Part shown: in pieces, positions 12,151 through 21,928 of the stretch
Position numbering within the stretch: the stretch's first letter is position 1
Layout: each line of letters begins with the position of its first letter
From: Chiloscyllium plagiosum
Taxonomy: Eukaryota
Assembly (NCBI RefSeq): GCF_004010195.1
Contig: NC_057711.1
Coordinates: 73,013,470 to 73,036,197 of the forward strand
Length of the DNA: 22,728 nucleotides
Reading direction: 5' to 3'
The notes under the pieces: generated by a model
What the model was told of the DNA's origin: nothing
Database searches by the model: none
The model's input: the letters and a program-made list of their open reading frames with translations, nothing else
Translations under genes and position numbers: made by a program

Positions 12151-12859
12151 AGCAAATAACTTTTTGTTTGCCTGCAGCTCAATCAGTTCCATTTCTCAGG
12201 GGCCTGAGAATAACTGAGTCAGCATTTAGTGGAATTTGGCAATGGACCCTCTTTCTGTTACCTTGGCATCCAGTTTACCCAGCGCTTTCAAGAATTGGGT
12301 CAAGAAATTGTCATGCATGGGGTAAACTATGATGATGTAACTGATCACCTGATCCTGGCATAGTGATAGAGATGCCACCAATCTGGAATGACCAGGTGAA
12401 GAGAGGTCCTCGACACTAAACTAGAAAGCTGTGAATCTACTATGTACAGAAGTAAATAAAGGATTATTATAGTACAAAAGGAATTGAAGAATCCTGCTTA
12501 GAGAAAGCTGCCTCAGGGACAACATACATGCATTCACCCACAGCCTGAGATATTCCAGACTGATACCTCAAAGTACAGGTAGCAGTATTGGCTTAAGTCA
12601 GAAGACAAAGCAATGGGAATTCCTATCTCCCCAATGGCGTGGACGAGATAATCAGTTCCTTTCAATCAAAATATTTCAGCATCAGTGTTCTCTTCCAATA
12701 TATTACCAAGTCTCCTACACTTGTGTATTCTATGAATGTATAACATGTGTTAAATGTCACAGTGACATTTTCATTTTGTTATCTATTACTGCAACATTTA
12801 TTTTTGTTTTGCCATGAAAGTCAAATACCATATCAAATTATTGAAAAAGTTTGGTGTAT

Positions 12860-12882
12860 ACACACATACACACACACACACA
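12860..12882. repeat. Imperfect (AC)n microsatellite
   Basis: acacacatacacacacacacaca. Confidence 0.85.
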
Positions 12883-13079
12883 AAACCTCTCAATTTCCCT
12901 TTGACATCAACAGAATAACATCTCAAATGAATTTTGTCTCTACTAGAAGCTAAGTCATGTAAAAAATAATAGTCTGGATTTGGTAGTAAGACTGAAGACA
13001 CGTAATTTCAATCAAAAAAAAAACAATGGTGTCAGGAGTAAAAACATGTTTATATAATGACTGGTTAGCATTTCGAATA

Positions 13080-13309
13080 GGTGAAAGTGAGGACTGCAGA
13101 TGCTGGAGATCAGAGTCGAAGAGCGTAGTGCTCGGAGTGTGATGCTGGAAAAGCACAGCTGGTCAGGCAGCATCCGAGAAGCTGGAGAGTCAACATTTCA
13201 AGCATAAGCTGAATCGGGAGCTCCTGATAAAGAGCTTAGGCTCGAATTGTTGACTCTCCTCCTCCACGGATGCTGCCTGACTGACTATGCTTTTCCAGCA
13301 TCACACTCC
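13080..13309. mobile_element. Fold-back PLE pLTR fragment, family A, copy 3, with TSD
   Basis: Inverted arms centred near ggagctcc (13217-13224). Plus-strand motif CTGATaA-A-GAGC-ttag-GCTC-GAAt at 13224-13247. TSD: tagcatttcgaata (13066-13079) and tagcatttggaata (13310-13323), 13/14 match. Confidence 0.85.
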
Positions 13310-13365
13310 TAGCATTTGGAATACACTTACCTAAGTGGGAGGCCAGAGGTAAAATGTTCTTACTG

Positions 13366-13415
13366 AGAGTCAGCCTGGACAAATAGGCTAAATGGCCTCC
13401 TTCTGTACTGTAACC
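13366..13415 (+). mobile_element. Isolated HE1/HER1-type 3' tail
   Basis: gagtcagcctggacaaataggctaaatggcctccttctgtactgtaa resembles the shared 3' tail of CR1 LINEs and their SINEs. Confidence 0.5.
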
Positions 13416-14349
13416 ATCAGAGGATTCTCTGATTTTGTAATGAGTGTCAACACAATAGTACTAACTACTGATCTCTAAGTAAATGTCACTGACAGTTGTA
13501 GCAATATCAATGGTTAGAGCTTGAAATTGATTGTGGCAGTAGAGATGAAGAATAGTGATAGAAAGTAGTGAATTGTTAGACAAATTTCCGAAAGTAACCG
13601 TGTTGTAATAAGAAGTGGACATGAAGACTATTGAGTAACTGAATGGAAACAAATATGGACTATTTTTCTATACTGGAAAAATCAGAATGTTAATAGAAAC
13701 CTTGAAAAGGAGTTCTCAGAATGCTTTTGAGGCACTTTCTCAGACTGGCATGTAATGAGAGCAGGCTATACTAGACTTGTACATTTTGTGTAAAGTGACA
13801 TTTTGTTAATAACCTAAATGTAAAGGTGCATTTATGAAAATGCGATGGTATGTTTGAATTTTATATTTAACTCGAAAGGGAAAGCAGTAGGTCTAAGGCT
13901 AGTATTTTAAACTTTTAAAAAGGCAACAGTGTGGATATGAAAACTGAACTACTGAAGTGAACTGGAATACGAGGTTGGGGTATGAGACAAATAGAGAAGC
14001 AGTAACAGATATTTAAAGGGATATTTCAGGATATTCAGAATAAGGACATGTCTGCTTTAAAGAAAATTCCAAGAGGAAGACCCACCATCTGCTGTTAACT
14101 AAACTATTTAAGGAGAACAGTAAATTGAAGGAAATACATACAATTGCAGAAAGATGAGTGGCAGGTCAAATGATTGGCCAGAACAGCAGAGAATGAAAAA
14201 TAATCAGAGCGCGAGAGGAAGCAAGCTAGAAATATAAAAACAAATAGCAAGAGTCTCTATACATATCCAAAAAGGTAAAGTGTAAGTAAACTGAGTGTTA
14301 GCTCTCTCCCTTCACAATGGGGAGTGAATAGTAAAGAAATGACAGATAT

Positions 14350-14665
14350 GGGAGCAGCATAGTGGTTAGCACTGCTGCCTCACAGTGCCAGAGACCCGGC
14401 TTCAATTCCCACCTCAGACGACTGTCTGTGTGGAGCTTGCACATTCTCCCAGTGTCTACGTGGGTTTCCTCCGGGTGCTTCAGTTTCCTCCCACAGTCCA
14501 AAAACGTGCAGGTTAGATGGATTGGCCATGCTAAATTGCCCATAGTGTTAGGTGAAGAGGTAAATGTAGGGGAATGGGTCTGGGTGGGTTGCGCTTCGGC
14601 GGGTCGGTGTGGACTTGTTGGGCCGAAGGGCATGTTTCCACACTGTAAGCAATCTAATCTAATCT
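14350..14665 (+). mobile_element. HE1-like V-SINE, near full length
   Basis: tRNA-derived head (tggttagcactgctgcctcacagtgccagagacccggcttcaattccc), V-domain (tgtgtggagcttgcacattctccc...cgtgggtttcctccgggtgcttcagtttcctcccaca), LINE-derived tail (ttgggccgaagggcatgtttccacactgta) and a terminal (aatct)3 repeat. Confidence 0.9.
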
Positions 14666-15399
14666 GTGTAATGACATAATAGATTATCATACTTTTCCTT
14701 CCATCTTCACTATAGAGAATAAAACAAATGCTTCAGTAATACTTATGAATCAGGAGCTTGAAGAAAGAGAGGAAACTTGATGAAATTATAATCACTGGGG
14801 AAGCAGTACTGAGCAAATTGAAGGAGCTGCGATAGGATTAGGATTATAGAAATCTCTGGATACTGATGGACTTCAACCTCAGGTCTCAAAAGTGTTGGCT
14901 AATGAGCTATGGAGGAGTTGTTTGTCATTTAATTTGATGTCTGTTGTATGGAAGGTGTTAGAACTGATCATTAAGTAGGTCATCACTGGGCACTTGGAAA
15001 AACTCTATAATGCTGAAGAGTCAGCAGGGTTTCATAGTAAAGAAACTATGTTTAATCAATTTATTGAAATTCTTCAAAGCAGTAATGTGCAATATAGATT
15101 AAGAGGAGGTCTTTTGATATACTGTATTTTGATCTCCAGAAGGCATACAAGGTTATTGCATAGTATAGTAGCTCATGGAATAAGCAGTAACATTGATTGA
15201 AGATTGCTGGCTGGCAGAATTGAATGTACGCATAAATCGATTTTTTTCATTTTATTTTATTGGGAGGATGAGATGAATGGGGTCCCTCGAGGGTCTGTGC
15301 TGGTCCTTCAACTTTTTGCATTTATATCAATGACATAGATGACGGGATTGAAGATATGGTGACCACATTTGCAGGTGACACAAAGATCAGTAGGAAGGT

Positions 15400-16328
15400 C
15401 TAAAGTCATAGAGCCATACAGCATAGAAACAGACCCTTCATCCAATATGTCTATGCTGACCAAGTTTCCCAAACTAAACTTGTCCCATTTGCGTGCATTT
15501 TGCCCATATCCCTCTAAATCTTTCCTATTCATGCACCTACATCTGTCACTTCCTTTGGTAGTTCATTTCACACAAGAACTGCCTTCTGTGCAAAAAGATG
15601 GTCCCTTTTAAATCTTTCTCCATTCACCTTAAAAACATGCCCTCCAGTTTTGAAGAACCCCACCTTAGAGAAAAGATCTTTCCTAGTTACCTTATCTAAG
15701 GCCCTCATGATTTTATAAACTATCAACCTCCTGTAGTCCAGTGAAAAAAGTCCCAGTCTACCTTTATAACTCAAACCCTCCAGTCCGCACAACAGCCGGG
15801 TAAATATTTTCTGAACCTTCTCCAACTTAATAATATCTTTTATACAGGATGCAACCAGAACTGTACACAGTACTCCAAAAGTAGCCTCACCAACATCCTG
15901 TACAACCTCAACCTAATGTCTCAACTCCTATACTCAATAGTCTGAGCAACGAAGGCAAGCACGCTAAATACCTTCTTAACCACCCTGTCTATATGGGATG
16001 CAAATTTCAAAGAACTATGTCCCTGAGCTCCTGGGTACCTCTGTTCAACAAACCTATCCAGGGCCCCACTATTAACTGTACAAGTCCTGCCCTTGTTTCT
16101 TTTACCAAAATACAATTCTTTACATTTATCCAAATTAAACCATTGGCCACTCCTCAGTCCACTGGCCCAATTGATCAAGATCCCTCTAATCTCAGATAAC
16201 ATTCCTCACTGTCAACTATACCATCAATTTTGGTGTCATCCGCAAACTTACTAACCCTGCCTCAAATTCTCATCCAAATCATTTATATAAATTACAAACA
16301 GAAGTGGACCCAGTACCTGTGGAACACT
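15400..16328 (-). mobile_element. 5'-truncated HER1-like CR1 LINE, younger, nested antisense within the older CR1
   Basis: Minus strand encodes VSKFADDTKI (16226-16255), FNLDKC and EKVQKIFTRLL.GLEGLSYK.RLGLFSL. Its 3'UTR ends ...gaagggtctgtttctatgctgtatggctctatgact. Contains frameshifts. Confidence 0.9.
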
Positions 16329-17169
16329 GCTGTGAAGATTACATCTGTTGTGAAACTAACATAACCAGGATGCACACTAATAATAGATAGGTTAGGTGAG
16401 TGAATAACATTTGGCATATGGCATATTGTATGAGAACATGCAAAGTTTTTCACCTTGGCAGGAATAATTAAAAGGAGCATTCTTTAAATGGAGGATGAAC
16501 TGTAGAATCCAAGGCACCGAGGGATAGCATTCTAGATGTGCTGGTGCATAAGTTACAAAAAAGGTAGCATGCAAATACAGCAAGTGATTAATAAGATTAA
16601 TTGAATGCTGTCCTTGAAACGGAACATGAAATAGGGACGTTATGATTCGGTTATATGCAGCATTGTTAACACAACAATTAAAATACTGTGTGCAGCTTTA
16701 ATCTCCTTAAGACAGTTTGTAAATACTGTATATTGGAAGTTTATTACATTGAAACCTTGGGTAATTGGATTTTCTTTTGAGGAAGTTTTGGATAGGTTGG
16801 GCTGGTTGCTAGAGTTTATGAGGGTGATTTGATTGAAGTTAATACATTTTGAATCATTGTGACAAGTTGGATGCGAAATGGATGTTTTGGGTGGTTCAAA
16901 ATTAGGTGGCACCTGCTTAAGACAGATGAGGGCAAAGATTTTCTCTGAGAGAATCGTCTATCTTTTGAACTCTCTGCCTCTAAGGGCAGAGGAGGCATGG
17001 TCATTGATCTTTAGAAAGCAGACATTCTTCCTTAGCTAAGGCAATCAAAGTTATCACAGATAGAAGGAAGTGTGGAACTCAGAAAACAAACAAATCAGCC
17101 ATGTTCCTATTGAATAGCAGACCATGCTTGAAGGACTTAAAGATCTACTTCTGTTCCCAATTGGTATGT

Positions 17170-17384
17170 AGCTGAAAATGTGTTGCTGGAGAAGCACAGC
17201 AGGTCAGGCAGCATCCAAGGAGCAGGAGAATCGACGTTTCGGGCATGAGCCCTTCCGCAGGAATTTCAGGCTCACGCCAGAAACATCGATTCTACTGCTC
17301 CTTGGATGCTGCATGACCCGCTGCGCTTTTCCAGCAACACATTTTCAGCTCTAATCTCCAGCATCTGCAGTTCTCACTTTCTCC
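17170..17384. mobile_element. Fold-back PLE pLTR fragment, family A, copy 4, with TSD
   Basis: Inverted arms around 17262-17267. Minus-strand motif CTGcgGA-A-GGGC-tcat-GCCC-GAAACGTC (17233-17260). TSD: tcccaattggtatgtag (17155-17171) and tcccaattggtgtgtag (17382-17398), 16/17 match, overlapping the element ends by microhomology. Confidence 0.85.
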
Positions 17385-19019
17385 CAATTGGTGTGTAGAC
17401 AGTGTAATGGTGAGGTGAGACAAAGGGTAAAAGATAGATAAATATACTCTGTGCAGTCAAGTTAGCTGTTAAAACACATAGAATGTGATAAGCCATTGTA
17501 TTTTGGTAGTGTCTCAATGTGAATTTTAGTTTTTCCACAAAAGGTCTGACAAATATGAAGTTTGTAGTTTAGCCATGTTTTTGGACTGACTGTTTAATTC
17601 AGGATAAAATGGCAGGAATGGGTGGGTGAAGTGAGTCCTGCCAAAAACAAGTTTGGATGACTTGAAAAAAAAATAAATCAAGAGGAGGCAAATGTTGTTT
17701 TGCTAGAAAGAAGGACAAGCTGTTCAAATCAGTAGACACATATTTATACTGACTTTGGATTGTTCATTAGTTTCAAGTCTCAAGGGAGGCATTCAGAATG
17801 TGCTATATTTTAAGATGTCTAATTAATTCCAAGATAAATTGGAGTTTAAAGTTCAGAAGATAATTAATGCTCATTTATACATGGATACAAAAGCTATGTG
17901 ATTTATCTTGCCATGGAAATAGGCTTTGAGAGGCCATAGAAAAGCATTGTACTTTCAGCTTACATGGATTTCTTAAGATACCATTAAACGTTATAGAGAG
18001 GTCAGTCAGCAAGAATTTGAGGTTGAGAGAGTGACAAAGATGTAGCAGCACGCACTTTCTATTGTTCAGCATGCCAAAATACCAATGGAAGACTGCACTT
18101 CAATCTCTTCAATCAAGTGAGGAAGGAAAATTTGCCTATCTTTGGCCAGATGGAAGCAGCTTACCACAACTATCAGTTCAGGGATAAGTGGTTATCGGGG
18201 TCAATGAGGGCACAAGTCATTAGGAGCTGAGAATACCTTTAGACCTATCTCTGGAGAAGGAAGTATCCACTTAAAGGACTGAATAAAGTATAATTATGGC
18301 CTCTGTCAGCCTTTTATACATTAATTGGAAGAGGCTTTTCTGGGGCCCTGAGTTTAAATTGCCTACAACAAAAACATTTGCCAATTGTTTTCAGTAAAAG
18401 TCTTAAAACCTGAAATATTGTCATATGATCGTTCCACAGAGTAAATGGAACTCAATTTTTAAATAAAAAATTATAAAGATAACCATTTCAATTTCAGACT
18501 GTAAAAGCAGCTAATCACATTAATTTTTTAAGCAGGAAATGAAAAGCTCCAATAATTTTTTTTTCCCCAAAAATGTTTCAGAAAGCCGAATACAGATTGA
18601 GGAATACACAAGGTAGAATCTAAAATATCATGCAAAAATTAACATTCTAATTAATTAGTTAAAAATCAAGTTAAAATGGCAATTAATCATAATGGAAATA
18701 TTTAACATTCTGCACTTATAAAATATTTTCAGTGTCAGATCAGATATTCAACAGCAATTTTTATGCTGTGGCCATGATATGAGAATTTTAAAAAGGGCAT
18801 GCTTGCTCAATCAATTCATTGTACTGTCTGCTGGCTCTGGTAATAGCTTTGGGGAAGGGTGGTCAGCAACACTATCTGTGGTGAGGTAATGAATGACAGA
18901 CTACAACTTCAGGATTTCTCTATTCACCTGCATTTTTCATTAAATCCTAAACTATAGTCAGACTCAGACCTTGGATAACAATGCTGATAGTCCACCAAAG
19001 GCCTGAAAATACCTAGACA

Positions 19020-19127
19020 CTATGTTTCCTGCATTACAGCAGTTCAAAAGTATCCTATAGCTCGCTTAGAACATGCTGGACAACTTGAGACCATCATGAA
19101 AAACCTGTAGAAATGCAAATTCTTCCT
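19020..19127 (+). mobile_element. 3' tail of a SacSINE1-like SINE or L2
   Basis: tgtttcctgcattacagcagttcaaaagta...tgaaaaacctgtagaaatgcaaattctt resembles the recalled tail (...atataaatgcaagttctt). Confidence 0.5.
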
Positions 19128-21752
19128 TTGTCGTTGTTATTCTTTTCAACAAATGAGGTTGCATAAGTAGTTACAATGAATGTTTGAATGTTATACTATA
19201 GAAAAATATTGGCTCCTGCTCTGAGTGTCTACAGACATCACAAAGATTAACAGACCATCCCTGTCCCCAAAGCTTCATACAGGCTAATTCTCTTTTTAGC
19301 AATCTAATCTCTTGGCTGTAGGATGCTAATTATAATGTGCACAGGAAATGTCAGTTTTCATTGCTCCCTTTTGTTTAATAATTAGAATTCTTGAATTATG
19401 TCCTCGGATGAAAGGATTTGTTATTAATTCATTTGTAAGTCACTCTCATGTAATTGTTTTTAGTCCATGAGTCAAGATATGCAATTATAATTTTCTATGG
19501 CCTACTTTAAATTATTTCTTAAAAAGTGACATTGCCAAAAACATTAGCATTATAAAAACTGTACAACATGTTTGCAATTTTAATGTTAATTAAAAAACCT
19601 GTTTTATAATAATTGTGAAAGAAAATTCAATTATTAGTGGTACAGTTAGTAAGGAATTGAGTGACTATCTATTTTCATAAAGTTGTTTAAATTACAGGAA
19701 GGTTATTAAATGGAGCAATGACATAGATTTTCTCTGTCATGCATTGGTTTAATGACCAGTGTAGCAAAATGCAAAAAAGATTATAATGAATGTAGTGACC
19801 CTAAGTATCGAGGCTCAAAACTAACCCAAGAGTATTCAATGAATGTCAGCTCTGAAAATAGGTCTGGTCTTTTCCAAGCATATAAATATGCCTCAGTGGA
19901 AGTGGATAAAGAGTGGAGCTGGAAAAAGCAGAGCAGGTCAAGTTGGGATAATAATAAAATGAAGATCATCATTCATTGAACCTTCAGGCAGGTACCTGTT
20001 ATTTGAGCAACAAAATACTTAAATTGAGCAAATCCTAAAGAAACATGCACTATTGAAGAGGACTCATTCCTTTCATAGTCATGATTGGGGTATTGCAGCA
20101 TAAGATTTGCAATGAACAGTATTACTGCTGGCTAATTTCAATACTGACCTTAAAAACAGAATATGAGTAAAGCACAAAATGCAAAGTCCTTTACTCCACT
20201 AATATCTTCTGGGCTTGACCCAAAAACAACAGTCTGCATATCATGCATATTAAAATCAAGTAGAATCCTATTCTGTATAATATTTATTTACCTTCTGTTT
20301 AACAATGATGTACCAAGGGATGTACACAAATGTAATTAACATTTACTTAGGTTTTGCTAACACAGGTCCTATGTCAACCGATTCATTAATTCAAAAGAAA
20401 AACAGCTAGTCATGAATACACTGTGTGCTGTTCTAAAACTCCCAGCAAACTTTAATGGGTTAATCCTCAGGAATATGCCAGTAAATGTAATTAAAGGATA
20501 TGTAATCTCTCTAAAGTGGAAATCAGGAGCACCAGGTGAAAATATCGAACACAATTTCCCTCAGTGCTTCTCTTCATCACTGAACAGGTTGATTAGAAAA
20601 TATCTCAGTGTTTCTCTCACATTTGGGTAACCAGCAGTTCAAAGATATTCAAATGATAACAGCAGGGAAGAAGATGGATGTGAATGCATTGTAACCAATT
20701 TACATATGAAAATTACCATGCATAATTGGAGCGTTATGATAGCACTGAGGCTGCATGAATACGTATTTCTGTTTGGACCACTAACTCCAAACAGCGATAC
20801 ACCAGCTGCATGAATTGGATACTAAATCCGCATATGATGAAAACTGGAAAACAGGCAGTCTAAAAAACCTCAATTGGTCTTCCATCTCCCAAATGGAAAC
20901 AATTTAACGATATACCCTCACAGACAATGTCAATCTAGCAATTTTTGCTGCAGCCAAAGATATGCCTTCACCTTCAAGGATTTAATATTCATTAACAGTC
21001 TTCCTTCTTTCTCTAAAAGTAAACAAAATACATTAAGAACACTAGTTTAACCACAATGCTAAAGCAATTCAAAACATATCTAAAGATCTATTTTGAAAGA
21101 TGAGCTTAGATCTTCCATGTCAACAAGGATACCCTGTTTCACATGGCTGATATTTATATTGAATGTTTTTTTTTTATAATATAAAAAACGTTACTAGAAG
21201 TTCTACATCAAAATAACTTTATGATTCAATCTGTGTCAGCCAAAACACCTCACTCTGATGATTTATAGTCATTTAAAAACTGTTGCCTTAATTCTGCAAT
21301 TTACAGATATCATGAAAATAGAAGAGCTATTTCACCACTGTGCTAAACGCGAGTGATGATAGAAGATAAAGATACAGAGAGTAGAGATACTAATAAAGGA
21401 GTACATTTGCAAGCAGCTTCCAGAAAGCTACAGTAAGAATAGAGTAGTGATAATAGAAGACTCCAACTATTATAATAAATACTCAGGTCTTCAACAAGAT
21501 GTGTTCGGTAGAGAGTAGGCACAATCCTGTGGTGGTGGGAGTAGGGTGGGTTGGAAATGGAGGGCTTCCAAAGTCCTCAGTTTTGTATAACTACAGAGAC
21601 TGAAACAAGACAATGGCTTATTGCAATTGTAATACAGTAGAGAGCCACTCTCAATATACAAAGTACATTGGAACTTTAAACAAATGTGAGTGGTCAAGAG
21701 AAATTGAGAATAGATTAGTAACTAACATAAAAGAGTAGGAGTCGAAGGGGAT

Positions 21753-21764
21753 CCAAGATGGTGG
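21753..21764 (+). promoter_or_regulatory. YY1-like site of the L1 internal promoter
   Basis: ccaagatggtgg lies about 6 nt from the element start. YY1 consensus is AAGATGGCGG; the central CpG appears as TG here. Confidence 0.5.
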
Positions 21765-21928
21765 CAACCCAGTAAGACTGAGTCTATAGTGCTCCTCCCA
21801 AGACTTGGGCACAGTGGGTCACCTACCCCCTACCAAGCTCACCAAATCATTTATAAATCATTTATAATAATTTAGTAACTCAATTAGTTGTGTAATATTA
21901 CATTTAAACAACTTAATCCTAAGTTAAA

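Larger units (their letters stand above)
13540..17160 (+). mobile_element. Old fragmented CR1 LINE ORF2 and 3'UTR, hosting nested insertions
   Basis: Endonuclease remnant caggctatactagacttgta (QAILDLV) near 13761. RT motifs GVPRGSVL at 15279 and TFAGDTKI near 15365. The sequence resumes at about 16329 (tgtgaag...gataggttaggtgagtg). 3'UTR ends ctacttctgttccc at about 17158. Confidence 0.75.

Noticed and set aside
14350..14415. tRNA gene
   Set aside because: It is the tRNA-derived head of a SINE and does not form a complete cloverleaf.
14298..14690. 130-aa and 105-aa ORFs
   Set aside because: Both are translations of the HE1-like SINE.
19912..19942. gtggagctggaaaaagcagagcaggtca resembles the family A arm
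   Set aside because: Too short and isolated to call a copy.
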